Origin: Spirogloea muscicola | Taxonomy: Eukaryota | Length of the DNA: 64,000 nt | Direction of reading: 5' to 3' | Assembly: GCA_009602725.1 (NCBI GenBank) | Contig: WELB01000029.1 | Span: 849,612-913,611, forward strand | Shown here: positions 1 to 19,092 of the stretch, piece by piece | Layout: every line of letters begins with the position of its first letter | Numbering within the stretch: the first letter of the stretch is position 1 | Notes under the pieces: generated by a model | The model's input: only the letters and a program-made list of their open reading frames with translations | What the model was told of the DNA's origin: nothing | Database searches by the model: none | Position numbers and translations under genes: made by a program

Positions 1-3959
<3,959 letters not shown>

Positions 3960-4331
3960 AGAATCGACATTGCACCTTTGCTCTTAGCATGGCTCATGCT
4001 TTATAGCCACCTTCGTGACACAGAAACTGACAGCACAAGTGTTGACAGGTAGGCCAGCAGCAGAGTGCAGAATGGCAAGCTCTGTGTCCAAATTGGACAA
4101 GGCATTGTCGCTCAATTCAAGTAGCCAGTACCGGCTGAGCTCAAGAATAGGAGGAGCAATTAGTAACATTTAAAATTTGAGTCTAAGCAAAGCGAGTTGC
4201 AGCGAGCAAGCTCATCAGGGCAGGGCGGTCTGTCTTACCAGGAAAGCTAGCGCAAGAAGCAAGTAAGAAGTAAGTAAGGTGGCCCTGGGGCAGATGTGGG
4301 ATACATTGAGAGAAGCTTGGACTGAAGCTGA

Positions 4332-7300
4332 TCAAGCAACTTTGGATGTGCGCCGAGAGTTGAGCAGACCACACGCCCACAGGACAGCAAGCGGGAGGAG
4401 GTTGCCAAGGAAGTACACTGAGGTCCAGACATCAAGCGTCTGACGCGCATGCAGCAACTGCACAGAGAAAGTGTCATCTGGATGGTGGGTGACGGCGGTG
4501 CATTTTATGCATTCCATGGGCAAGCATGCTTCTTTATTGTAGGACACCTCCAGTGCAGTATGACTCTGGGTTGCTGTATTTTGTCAAAACCATGACCAGC
4601 AGCTGCGCTCTGTGCTCAAGTGCGGCTATCATGCAAGAGAAGAGCAAGCTTACAATGAAGCCGACTTGAGAGTAATTGAGGACCATTTGTGTGAACAGCC
4701 AGTGAAATTGGTTGCTAAAGACTCGCAGCAATGATGACTTCTCTGGGATCTTGAGGTGGAGCTTGTAGTATGCTGGCAGTGACATGATGTTGCTTAGATC
4801 AGAGCCATGCTGGTAAATTAGTCAATGCCCTACCATAGCAATCTAGCAAACGCAAGATTCACTAGAAAGTCTCACGAGTGCAAAGAATATTCGCAGCCAT
4901 GAAGTTTGCACTCTTAGAGGTGCTTAGTCAGACAGAAATACCTTTTGAAGCTTGCTGTGCGACAGCACAGTTCACAAAAAACAGGTAATACCCAGGATAC
5001 ACGCCCTAGAGCAAGGTCATGCAAGGATGGCCACCATTATCATTCCAGTCAAGAAGTGAAAAGTGAGGAAATCAAGTTAGCTGGCACTCCAAAGCCCAAC
5101 AATAGATGAGAAGGGCGCTACTCAACTGTGACATATATCAAGTGTCAGCAGGCAAGTACGACCCAAACTGTCCTGATGCGATTCTGACAATGGTTCTGGG
5201 AATCTTACATGCCACACGGCACTGACCACTTGGGTGGCCAAAAGAGTCCCAAAGGTGGGCCTTCCTGTCCAGAGATTGAGGCGATCATATACGTCTGCCA
5301 GAGGCCAAAGTGCGTGCTCAGCGGGACAACATCACAATGTTCAGCTTACATGATCCTAATCATGCACTGCTTATATTGAGTCCTTTTACAGCCTGCTTTT
5401 GCATGGTGGCTTCAGAGTGACCTCAAACATCCTTCAGATGCGCGCCTCATTGAGCAGGTGTCCGCTTACGATAAGAGCACACTCACAGATTCTGAGCCAC
5501 TCAGCCGTCTTCATGTTCCAGTAAGATGGCAGCTTCGCTGCGCTGGGTATGAGCTCGACCTTGAGAGGCTTCACATGATCAGCCCGCTTCCTGCGAGACC
5601 AAGCCGCAGACACACTAGAAACTGAGCCTGCAGGTGTGAGCTCCTCTCGCAGCCGCAAGCTCACACAAAATAGATGTACGACTTGAGAAGCTCTAGCAGC
5701 AAAAGCAACAGAAAGGCTAGAACTTTAGGTGCTGCAAAGAGACTGCTTGGCTCGACAGTCTGCAAGCTGCTCTGATGAGACAAAGCAGAGGCTTTGGTTC
5801 CCAATCGCACCACTCTGGCTCCGACGGAGTGCTCTGGGACCACCCCGAGAAGCCAAGGCCAGAGAGGAGGAGCCCTGTCTCGGCTAGCGACCAGATGAAG
5901 TAGTACATGATGCGCATTGTCAGGGCGGTCATCCAAATGTACCCGCATCTGCACAGGCCAGGAGATGGACGCTTCTGCTAGCTCTTGTCGGCTCTTATCT
6001 TGATTGACTCAAGGGGGCTTTGGCGTCTTCTATAATTTGCCGACCACAGCAGACAATCCCCGTGTCTGACGAAGCTGGAGGGTATTGCCTGAGGAGTGTT
6101 GGCTTGCCTTTGTAGGAAGGTCAGCTTGAAGAAGCGAAGGTCGGTCATGTACTTGCCAGGGAAGCGGGGCACCAGTGTCTGATATAGGGCTGCGCAGCAG
6201 GCAGCTTGGACGAGCCGTGCCAATGCAACTGGAAGGACTGAAGGCATGGGCTTGTCAGCCCGAGGGTCCCACTCCTGTGCCAAAAGTGACCGGACAACCA
6301 GTCAGCTACATAGAGAGAGCACCAGACGCACAAGAATCTCAGTGAACCCGATGCGTCCGGCGTTGTGTAACTTTGTATGGCAGCTCTGTGCGCTTCAGCA
6401 GTAGATTGACGATGAAGAGTTGCTCTCTTGCAACAGTTTCAGCCTTTCTGGCATTCACCACTCGACGCTCGCAGTAATCACGGTAGCCCCTGAAGTCGAT
6501 GGCGGGCCCAACAAGCACGTTGCCGCAGCAGAGGATGTAGCCAGCAAACTCAAGCGGCGAGGGCAGCACCTTCAGCCGGTTCGTGTACGTCGGGCTAGCA
6601 GCCTGCAAATGTAGCACGTGGCCACATGACACCTCGGGGCAGGCCCTCACTCCAACCGAATGCAAAAGACGGATTCACACCGCAGGTCCTATGACAGTAT
6701 TCGAGTTCTTCTGAGACATCTGCTCTGCCAGCAAACTTCCATGAACAAGGGCTCACCTTGTCAGCCGGGAGGAGGCCGTCCTGGTAGTCCATGGCACATG
6801 ACACGACCTTGAGCGTGAGCACCATGAGGCTGCCCGTGAAATCCATGCCGCCCTGCCGCCAGGCCTGCCCGCTCAGCATCTTCACGTGGCTGCGCATGCG
6901 CTCTGCCCTGGCAGTCATCAGGCCTGACAGCATCCGTGGTTCGCAAAGTACTTAGTAGAGACTCTGGGGCTGAGCGAGGCGACCTTGTGCCAACATCGAT
7001 GACCGCTTCTATATCATGTCCGGCACACACATCCGGCAAGGCTCATTCTGAGAAGCGATGCAAAGTGACGCCAGAGATGGAGACGAGGCTGGAGGAGTGT
7101 CCAGAGGGCCTTGGGCTGGCAGCATTGTGCAGCTTCACGAGGGGTCTCAAGTATCTATCGACTTGGCAAGCTAGAAGCTCTAGAGGAGCGTACGGCTGAC
7201 AGAGCTCTAGGACTTGGGGTTTAGAGGACAAGGCAAGCTGAGGCGACCAGTAGGCCAGGAAGGCGAAGCTCCCCGCGAAGGCGACCCCGCCGCACCGCCG

Positions 7301-7799
7301 CCGGTCGACCACCATGGCCGCGTACGCAAAGGCGGCGGGCGCCAGGAGGTGCCAGGCAGCTGCGACGACGTCTCCGCCGGTGCGGCAATGGGTCAATGGG
7401 CATAATCCACCTTGTCGAGCCGCAAGCAACGTGAAGCTAAGCCAAGCTGACGACATGGGGCGAAGCGCAGACCTGAGCCACCGCCGTAGGCAAGCCAGCA
7501 GAGGCCGCCGCCAGTGGCAGCGGCGTACACGTGCTTCCCGGTGGCTGCGATACGGACGACGCCCACATGAGTTACATCATGTGGGCATGACGTGAGTCAT
7601 CAGCCAGTGCAAGGCGAGGCCTTCTCTCGTGCTGCAGATGATGGCGAGCCGCACCGGTGGGCACGAGGCGGTGGGCGCCCTGCGCCGGCAGCGAGAGCAG
7701 CAGCGCCAGCAGGAAGCGCGAGACCGCGGGCGACAGGCCCAGCGCCGCGCCGGCGCCGTCCGCGCCGCGCAGCAGCTGGCCGACCGCCGCCGCCGCCAT
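4332..7799 (-). CDS. LPCAT: MBOAT-family lysophospholipid acyltransferase (LPCAT/LPLAT-like), multi-exon
   Basis: Spliced motifs GGMDFTGSLMVLTLKV, LVGPAIDF, YYFIWSLAE, WNMKTAEWLR, VSAVWHGVYPGYY (catalytic His), FTQMVLNY; C-terminus ...WTSVYFLGNLLP...SKVA*. One GC-AG intron (5949-6107). Confidence 0.93.
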
Positions 7800-8428
7800 G
7801 GGTCCCCCAATGCGGGCCCACGACGACGGCGGCAGCTGCAGTGGCGGCGGTGGCGGCTGCTGCTGCAGGGCGATCAAGCTTGACTCTGTTGCATCTGTGT
7901 ATAAGGACTCGTCCAGTTGAGGGCGATGGCTCTCATTGGCCAGCCCAGAAAGAAGAATGAAGTTCTCAAGAGAAGATGGCTGCATGATCGACCAAACGTG
8001 TCAGTCCTCCGAGTTGTGAAGTCGTGTGCGACTTTGAAGCCAGGCCCCCTTGCTGCGGCCAGCCTTTTGTCGCTTGAGTTATGATACTTCTCTGACTGGT
8101 GTTGTGAATGCCAAGCCCTTCTCTATCACCGTTTTGCCTATGCTGTGAGCGATGACAAGCCCATCGCCATGTCTTATTTTCCCGACATCTCATCTGCAGT
8201 ACTTTGTTGCCTGAGCTTGGCGCAGGTGCAGGTGCAGGTGCAGGTACGTACTCATCCACTGGCTGTTGCCTATGGTAGGCTACAGCCACCCCCAAGTGCA
8301 CAGGGGAGATCACGTTTTCCCCTGCCTCTGAGGCATAGGATCGAGGAGCTGAGTTGTAAAACTGCTGCTGCTCCACTTTGTTTCCTACACCTGTCGAAAC
8401 ATGCTGGAGCAGGTACTCAGGAGGGCTT

Positions 8429-11400
8429 TCACATGATTGTGCAGCCGCCGCACTTTGGCTGGCGCAGCTTCTCGTGCGATTCAGAGGACTGCACCGGCTC
8501 TGTGGCCATGTGCTTCATTGCCGTCACAGCCTGCACCTCGCCCTGGGCGGCGGCCCTCGCTGCTGCCGCATGAAACTCGCTGATGTTCGAGTTGGTGGCC
8601 GCTGCAAGCGCAGTTTCAGACGCAAAAGTCAGACCAAGTGAGCCAGTGGTGGCCACTATATGTCAGCAGGATTGTGTGAAGCCAGGAGTTCACCTACTTG
8701 CCCTAGAAAAGACCGTAACCTACAAATGCAAATGAGCAGATATCGTCCTGATAAGACATATTTTAAGAGGCCTCGATCTTTAAGACTGGGAACTATACAT
8801 TTCAAGCCTAGCTACTGTTGGACTTGTGAATACGCAAGGCTACTGACTTGCAGCTGCTAGGTGCGGCCACTGGGGCAATGTCACCTTCTGTTGCTAGCGT
8901 CTGTGCCAAAGCTTCTGCCGACAGCCTGCGGATGATTGCCTCTTCCCTCCACTTTTGCAGGTCGGCTTCTATCACAGCCTGCAGACCGTAATTTTGACTT
9001 TCAAAGGTCAGCTGACCGGCTCATTGTGCCAAGCCTGGTTCTCAAAGGAATGACTGAGCCACTAGCAGTACTGTTTCACTTGTCAGAATCTCAGATACCA
9101 TAGGCACTTGCAAATAGCTGAGTCTCAAGAAGAGATGCGTGATACAGAGTGCTGCTTCAGGCCAAACGTCACCTTGGCAGATTGGACCTCGTCAAGCTTT
9201 GCCAAAGCTTCCTCCTCTCGTCTCTTTGCCCTCTCAGCCTCCAACCTGACCTGCTCGAGCAGAGCCAGAGGGTCGTGCTCCCCAGGATCTGGCACTTCAT
9301 AAATGCCCAACTGCGACTCCTTTACTTGTTCCAGGTTACCAGGCACATTGGATGGGCTGACGAACTTCTCTGGGCCTTGACCACTCCTCTCATTAAGAAC
9401 AGCCTCTGGTGCTTCAGAAAAGCGAACCTGAAGCCCTCGCAAATGGATGCTATTAAGCAGCAATGGCAAGAAGGCAATGCCAGTACTAGCAGATGCAAGA
9501 GCAAGACTGAGGGGAGATACAAACAGATGCAAGCAAGAAATGTCATGGATGCGAGCTGCACAGATTTTGTTAGCTTGCCTCCAGATGGGCAGGCGAAGCT
9601 GCAACTGAAAGTGCATCCAGTGGTGCTTCTCCTAATTCGCGCTCGCGGACTCTTGGCGCTTCTTCAGCCACCTGCATCTGCTTCTCTTCTTCTCCAAGGT
9701 TGCCATTCATTGATGGAGGCATGAGCCCTCTGAGAAGAGAACTAAGTGCGCATCAGATTGCTGAGACATACATGTAGCCACCTTGACGAGTACTGCAGCA
9801 CTTCCAACGGCCCTGCTTGATGTGACCATTACCCGGGGGGGTCGTTGGCACTTGCAAGCAGTCCTGCAGCCGTGGAGCCCCCAAGGAGGCCCCTGAGCCG
9901 CTCCACTTCAGCGCAGGCCGCTGCTTCTCGTTGCCTGGCCAAGTCCACCTCCAATAAGAGCCCCTCCATCTTCTGCTCATCTGCAGCTCTAAAGCTAGAG
10001 AGCTAACAAGCACAGAAGAGTAGGAATCAGGTTGCATCAGAAATAGTTGAAAGAAATCCTAAGAAGTCCACCAGTATTCCAGCCTTTCAGCTGCCTTCAC
10101 TTTAACTGAGTCAGAGCCACAGAGCGTAAGAGCCACATGAAGGTCATCTTGCAACATACAAGGTGAGACATGCAAGCAGCAATACCAGCGTGCTTACAAC
10201 CTGCTCCTGCGATGGCTGCAGCGTCGCCTGGGCTGTGGCAGCAGCCTCGGAGGCTACCTCGGCCATCCGTGTTGCTGACGCCCTCTCCCGCTCGCTATCC
10301 TGCTAAGCTGCACGATAGCTTAGATGAGCTGCTGTAACGAATGCTGTAGGTGTACAGTAGCACATGCAAGGGTGAGCTGCAGCACCTCACCTCTAGCTGC
10401 AGCTTCAAGTTGGCAATGTCCTTGTCCATCTGAGTCAAATTTGCAAGCTCCAAGGCTCGCTCCTGCGATCTGCTGTCTTCAGATGCTCCCCCTTCAGCAC
10501 GAAGGACCTGCAAGTCTCTGCTTCTTGACTCCAACATCTCTGCAGGCAGCACCGCTCATCGTTCAAACCCCTGTAGCATGTCTCATTGACAAGCTGCAAT
10601 TGCAGAGAGAGATGTCAAATTGCTAATGCACTCTACCCGCAGTTTTTCATATGCAGAGCAGGAAAAGTTCCTGCAACATTGCCACACTTCAGGTCGCTTG
10701 CCTTGATGTTCCGCAATAGCAACCCTTGTGCTTTCCAGCTGCTCCTCCAAGTCTGTCACCCTGCTAGCAGTCCCTGCCTGCAGGCTCGCTGCACGCAGGC
10801 ATGTGGCAAAGGGAACAGAGCTTTGTTGATAGCGGACACATTGAAAGGCACGTAGACCTTGCCGCATCTAGCAGCACACCTCTGTGTGCTGCTACAGGGT
10901 CCAGATTTGGGCTTCTATGCACTTGCTCAACCGGGCACAAGGACTGCTCCAATAGCCGCCACAGCAAGCTACCTGCCTCCCGGATGGCCGTTGCATGCTG
11001 ATTCTGGGCGGACTCAAGATCCTGCTGCAATCGGGACACCTTGGCTTCCCACTCGCTAGACTTCTCAGCTGTTGACAAGAGAGCGTCAAACGGCGCCTCA
11101 AAGCCAGGCACAGGAGACAAGCTGAGCTTGTCTTCACAAGTAAAGTCTAACAGCAGGTGAGGCAAAGCTGGCAGTCAAGCAGACTATCAAGTACAAGACT
11201 ACCAAGTGGTTGTTATGCTCGGCAGATGCTCAGAAGGCTGGATAAGCTGGCGGTTGACAGCTATACCCGAGTCGGCAAGGACAGTCTGATGCTGCATCTT
11301 AACACCCACGAGCTCTGCCTGCAATGCTGAAATATTCTCCTCATAGTTGTTCTTCATCATGCCTGCAAGGTCAAGCATAACCCTGTTTTGTGAGTAGGAG

Positions 11401-12942
11401 CCAGGTGAGCTACATCACAAGTTGGCAACCCTTGTGACAAGCAATGATTTCCAGGGTGAGAGGACAGGCCTGTATCAACAAGGGATGCATCATAAGAACT
11501 CTTTGTGGCCTGCAGCTCCTCCTGCAACACCTTCAGCTTCACCTCTGTCGAAGCTGACGCCTCGTCGTGCAAAGCTGGAGGGCAAGTGAAGGGAAGGACG
11601 GGGATGTCCACAGCCGTCAGGCACGCTGAACTGCTCGAGCCCCCTTGAGTCAAGCATGCTGCATGGCCAGCTCTTGGTGGCTCTACACAGGACACACTTC
11701 AACCCAAGCTTTCATTGGTGTGGCAGGACTTGCCCGCACCTTGCGTTGCCTCAAGCTTCGTCTGAAGAGCAACCATTTCGGCCTCCATCTCGGCCTGGCC
11801 AGCGACCACTCTCTCGTCGAACGCTTTCTTGGTGCTCTCGGCCTCGGCCAATAGAGCCTGCAAGAGAGGCAAACTATTGTGCACAACGTAAACCACCCCA
11901 CCCTTGCTAAATGACCTCCGCTGTTTCCATGGCGACTGCAAATGCAGCTTTCGCAATTGGCAATGCAGACAATATGCTACTGCACGTAATGGGCTTGACA
12001 ATGTGCCAGTAAATCCAGACAATTGCAGAGTGTTCACAAGTGTCACTTCAGTCCAGCTCCAGAGAGTGTGGACACACGCATGGGAAACTGCCTTCCAAGT
12101 CATTCCGAGGAGATTGAGCAACGGCTGACATAAAATCCGCCTTGGCAAAGGCGAGGCTGTACCTGAAGGCTCTGCGTACGTGCCTCGGCATCCTTCCTGG
12201 CAGCCTCCAGCTGCGTGAGAGCAGCCTGCCGGGCGGCTTCAGCCTCAGCGGCCTTTGCCTGGTTCTCCATGGCCTTGGCCTTGGCGGCCGCCAGCTCCTC
12301 CTGGGTGCGCTGCAGCTCCAGCCACAGCGTCTGCCAGTACGGGCACGGCCACAGGCACAAGGGGTGAGCTCGCGGCACTTGGCAGCAATGCACAGCTTGT
12401 CAGTTGGCTCGTATGGCAGATTCTTTGACCGGCTAGATACAGCGGTGAGCAGGCCCTTTCAGGGACAGAGCCTCCGTGGCAGCCGCGCCCACCTTGAAGC
12501 CTTCGGGAGCCTGAGGCTCGGCACCATGATCAGGCGCCGAGCCAGCGGCCGGAGGCGCCGCCGCGCCGCCCTTGGTCATCCAGTCTGTGTACGCGGCGGA
12601 CGCCTTCTTGCGGATGTCCTGCGGCGTCTTGGCGCTGCGAGCAGCCGGGAGAGAGCAGGCGCCTCCGTTTGGCACTCAGGCAAAGGTATGCAGCCTCTGC
12701 TCAGCGGCCTCAGCATGCCATGTCAAGCTGTGCCATCATGAGTCCGTGGGGCCGGACGGCACTCACGAGTCCGTCTTGCTGCCGAACATGGACGCCGCGT
12801 CCCGCACGGACTTGATCTGCGACGCGCCGTCGATGGCCGCCGCCTTCTCCGGCGTCGCCGGCGGCGCGAGGGCCGCCATGCCGGCCGACGAGGCCGCCGC
12901 GGCGGCGTCCCCCGTAGCCCGGGCTTCCGCGACGCCCTCTCC
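8429..12942 (-). CDS. WEB1/PMI2-related (DUF827-like) coiled-coil protein with C-terminal CaaX; 5' end in gap
   Basis: IDGASQIKSVRDAASMFG resembles the WEB-family IDT.APF.SVK.AVS.FG motif; many E/Q/A/L helical exons; AKAVIEADLQKWREE resembles the WEB-family VE.ELRKWR motif; last exon 8655-8429 ends KCGGCTIM*. Confidence 0.72.
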
Positions 12943-14521
<1,579 letters not shown>

Positions 14522-15273
14522 CTTGCCAGCTGGCTGCTTGCCACGTCCGGCCTGTCAAAGATGAGTGCAACATGCTGGCTCTCATGCAGGCACTGCCTCG
14601 CTTAGAAGTGACAGCGGCTGCCCGCCATGCTTAGTGTAGTACCCCTCAGCTGCTACCATTTGCCAGCCTGATTCTGGCTGGATGGCTGCCCTTGCAATCT
14701 GCCACGGCATTCTTCCATCTTCCTCCTCCCTCGTGTGATTTCCTACTGCTGACGCGGGGGTATCTAAGAGCGTCCTGTCTGCCTAGCCTGTGGCTCCGCT
14801 AATGTAGTCATGAACACTCTCTGCATGTACCTGGCTGGCTTTCACAGCCACTCCTTTGATAGCAGCAGCCGACTGCTCCTTGTGTACAGTTAAAAGGTGG
14901 TCTCAGAATGCATGCAATGCTCAGCGCTGCCTACAGGGGGGTGCTCCTTCAAGTCTTGCAAATTACATAGCACTCGTGACGACCCCACGAGGTGGGTTCC
15001 AGCAAGACTTGCAACAGCACTAGCGCTGCCGACTAACAAGCCACCCAGTGTGTGCAAGTGTGGGCAAGACCTCGGAGGACCGTTCTTCTCATCGCCGATT
15101 GTTCCTAGAGGCTCAGAGGACCTACAGTCATTCGAGGACCTTGTTGGTCGTCGAAGGACGTAGCAAATACCACCTGGCATACGGCCAGGTGAGAATGTTG
15201 CTAATAGCCTTGCAGCTTTCTCACTCTCGGTTAAACTGTCAGGAAGGATAGTGGTAAGAGCGAGTCTGAAGAG

Positions 15274-18200
15274 TCAATATAGTCCGGGGATGATCTTATA
15301 CGGCACCCGCTTGCAATACATCAGCCAGTATTTCCCATACCTGAGGTGGCACAAAATCATTCACAGGAGAAACTCAGGTCAAGGTGATGTCATCACATGT
15401 GGAGGCATGCTCTCTCGTAAGAGCACTCTGCTAAGACCACTCTCTTAAGATATTCAACCTGCAGTCAAGGTGCACTACGATGAGTCGTGGCCAACAGCCA
15501 GATCCTGGAGCAGTACTTACTTGCTGCGGCACCGCTTGTCATCCCGCACAGCCCTGTCGACCAGTAGGATAGTGAGGTATACGACGTAAAAGTACGGCAG
15601 TATCTGCACCATTGAGACAAGTTGCCGCGGCGCCAGAATCTCAGTAGTCAGGATCTTTGCTGCACAAGAGTCGCACGTTTGCTTCACAAATGATATGAAT
15701 TCGACCAATTCTTAGCAATGAGGACGTGCAAAGATGGGGGCAGAGAAGCCCACGTGGTTGAAGAGGCAGGGGAGTGTCCAGAAGAAGGCCGCCAGGATCT
15801 CAGGCAGGTAGTGGAAATGCCGGGACAAGCCCCACCTGCTTTGTATCAAGCACACAGGGCAACTCTTTAGTGGCCACAGCAAAAGGCACCCTGACACTGA
15901 CTTGCAAGCAACAGGATGACTACTGCAGGAACACTGGCATGACTTGCTACTGCTTACTATCCTCGTGTCAAAATAATGCAAAGTCCAAAGACGTTGGTGC
16001 TGACCAGCCAGAGGTTAGCAGCAGACTGGTCTTTGTCTCGCCACTCTCTGTCACATACGTGGCTTCAATCTGCACGTAGCCCAGGTTGTAAAGCAGGTGT
16101 GTTGTGCTCAGAGTGGTTACAGCTGTTATTGGCTGGAAAGTGCTTGACAACCGGCAACACACATGGTCAGGGCTTGATAGGTGCAGCTTGAGGCCAGGCA
16201 ATTTGATTGCTCCTAGACCCTATATGCACCCTGGAAATAAGTAACATGCAGGGGCTAATGCAATCACCTTGGAGGGCTTGGAGCCCCAGATGGTGCACTT
16301 CCCGTGGGTAGCTCGAAAGTGCGTCCGCTGCTGGTCAGAGTCGTAGTTCACCCAAATCATCAGGACGCCCAGGAGGAAGACGATAGCCGAGTTCTGCAAG
16401 CAACGGCAGGATGGTGTAACATTGCGTCAACATTGTGTGCAGGACATTTTGCAGTTGCACCTCAAGCAAAGTGCCCTGGTATGCCTGACATGCCAGTCTC
16501 TATAGTACTTATTGCATCCATCGATACCAGGAGCAAGATTGAAGACGAGCAGAGCCCCATGAATCTTTAGTAGGACAGCAGAATGCTGAGAGCAACAGCG
16601 CCAGAGTGGGAAAAGCAGAGCAGCTCTGCTGCACGCTAGTCCTGGTAAGAGTGAGCATAGATGGGCTAGCCTGCTGGCTCATGTCCTTGAGACCCTTCAT
16701 CATCAGAGCGTAGGTTCGCAATTCTGCAAATACAGAGGGGCCAGCATCTGACCAGGGCGCCGAGATGGTTGGGGTGGTGGACAAGGTACATGGCTGGCGA
16801 GGTGTAGATGCAGGGGACCCACACCATGCAGCCCCAGCAGAGGTAGTATCCAGCTGCAGAGCTTTATTACATGGCAGCCAACAACAAGCGTTAGATCCTA
16901 CAAGATCAGCCCTGAACGAGAGAACTCGGAGTCATCAAGTCAAACCCGACCTTGGTCATGGTGGAGGAATTACTGCAGGTTGACATTCAGCAAAGCTCGA
17001 ACTGCAGGCCTAGTACTTCCAGACGTGCAGACTGAGACCGCAGATTACAGAACGAGGTGTAGGATCACTCCATAGAGCAAGCAGAGGGCAGTGTAAAGAG
17101 CAGCGGTCCTGACCGCGATCATGCATGATGTCCATGGTGTTCCAGTAGCCCGACTCCCAGTAAAAGAACTTGGAGCAGTAGGCCAGCATCAACACCACGC
17201 TCACCAGCATTGAGTCTGCCACTAAGCCAGTCATTTCGTACTGCTCGGCACAATGATAATTTTGTCGTCAGGTGACTTCTTGCACAAGGAGCTGCCTAAT
17301 GCAAGCAAATTATGCTTTGCCTACAATTCCTACTTTATAAGGTTGTGCCTCTTTGCGAAAAGATCAGATGACAAAGACATGCAGTGTTATCCTGCAATAC
17401 CTAAACCCTGAACCCTAAACCCTAGACCCTAGATGGATGGTAGAGGGATGGTAGCCTCAAGAGCACAAGCTGTACTACTTGACAACAAATGCAAAGTTGC
17501 AAAGCTACAGACTCTCATGACGGCAAAGATCACTACCTGCTTGATAGCATAGGTGATGGCCAAGACAGCCCAGCTCATCATCCCAAAGCGGCAGTTTGTA
17601 AATGTCTTGATATCAAACCACTTGCCAATCCGTGGATATAGCTCCATGCCCTGGCAGCGGACATCAGCGCGAAGCCTTGCTTGTCAGTTGATCCACTTGC
17701 AAGTTGCTTTAGCCAGATGCCTTTGAAGGGCTGCTATTGCCACCTACCCAGAAGAAGTCCTGGATGAAGTCTCCCGACGACCCCCAGTCAGATGACGATG
17801 GTGCCACATTCCCCTGCTCACAAAAGTTCACAGAAAAATGACACGGTCAGCTACATAGAGTTGCGCAACTTGTGGAGCAACAATGTACTCCATCTGCGAG
17901 ATAATGCAAGACGGCATTCAGCGGTCGAAGGAAAAGAACTGCTGTGCACTTCCTTCTGAGGAGAACTTAGAGGCGGTGAGGAGCACTGGCCTTGACGTAG
18001 AGGAAGACGCAGAGTGCAAAAGCGGTTATGTTCAACGCAGAAATGATTTCCCCAAGGTGATCGTAGACCACGCTTGGGTTGAATATACCCAGCCTGCAGA
18101 GGACGCAACCACAACAACGCAACTTTGATAGACATAACGATGACTGAAGTACATCCCACGGCATTGCGGCTATGAATTCAGCTGACAGCAGGAAGGACGC

Positions 18201-18745
18201 CGCTATGCATTGAACACAGTACCTCCAGATTGCAAGATAAGTCACCAGCGTGATGACGTATGCCTGGAAGCCGTTGCACTGCGAAAGCAGCAGCAACAAC
18301 AAGAGGAGCCGATGCACGCTAGCCTCTCAGAGAGCCGCCAAACCGCCGAGTCAGGTCATCAAACCTACTTATTACTGCCAATCAGTAGCACTTACGTGCT
18401 GCTTTGGCTCTATGAGCACTTGGGTATAGTATTGAAGTCAGGGCTTTGAGCACCTTGTAGACGGGCCGGTTGCCAGCAGGCGAGACCGGGCCGACCCACT
18501 CCTTGGCCGGGATGACGAGCATGAGGAGGGCCTCGAATGCGGCGAAGGCGAGGATGAGGGCCCACGCCGTGGCGCCGGGCACCGGCCAGGCACCGCGCAC
18601 GGCGGGCCAGCCCCCGTCGCGGCACAGCGCCGCGAAGGCCGCCGCGGAGCCGCCCAGTTTGGCCATGACGAACCACCTGCGCGGCCCCAGCCGCGCTTGT
18701 TGCGCTCAGCACGGCTCACAGTCCGCTGCCCTCTTGCGCGCCCAT
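15274..18745 (-). CDS. DWF5: 7-dehydrocholesterol (sterol delta-7) reductase, multi-exon
   Basis: GPVSPAGNRPVYK, GMELYPRIGKWFDIKTFTNCRFGMMSW, FFYWESGYWNTMDIMHDR, WGLSRHFHYLPE, RDDKRCRSKYGKYW...IIPGLY*. First exon uncertain; GC-AG intron 17814-17990. Confidence 0.95.
17400..17432 (-). repeat. Interstitial telomere-like (CCCTAAA)n tract in a DWF5 intron
   Basis: cctaaaccctgaaccctaaaccctagaccctag, about 4.5 heptamer units. Confidence 0.8.
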
Positions 18746-18786
18746 GCTCGCGGCCGTCGTAGCAGCGACGGCAGCTGCGGGCTATG

Positions 18787-18787
<1 letters not shown>

Positions 18788-18835
<48 letters not shown>
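18788..18835. repeat. (GGC)n microsatellite upstream of DWF5 ATG
   Basis: About 16 uninterrupted trinucleotide units. Confidence 0.9.
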
Positions 18836-18992
18836 ATCGCCGCGGCCGCGGCGTGCGCCGCGAGCGCCGCTACGGGGCGCGGCGCCTGCGCCGGGGGCTG
18901 GGGGGGGCAGGGTTACGGACGAACTCTCAGGTTTACTAAATATGCGTTATCTTTCACTTATCCTTGATCGGCCTTAACTTGCCCTGGTTATT

Positions 18993-19092
18993 GCCACGTC
19001 AGAAAAGTTCTTAGCCTGCCGGAAGGGCCCCGCGGGCCACGTTACAGCCTCCCTGCCGCGTGTCACGTTCGGCCTAGTCAGCAGCCACGTCA
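18993..19092. promoter_or_regulatory. Cluster of ACGTGGC (ABRE/G-box-like) cores upstream of DWF5
   Basis: GCCACGTCA at 18993 and 19084, GCCACGTTA at 19036, another CACGT near 19064. Confidence 0.45.
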
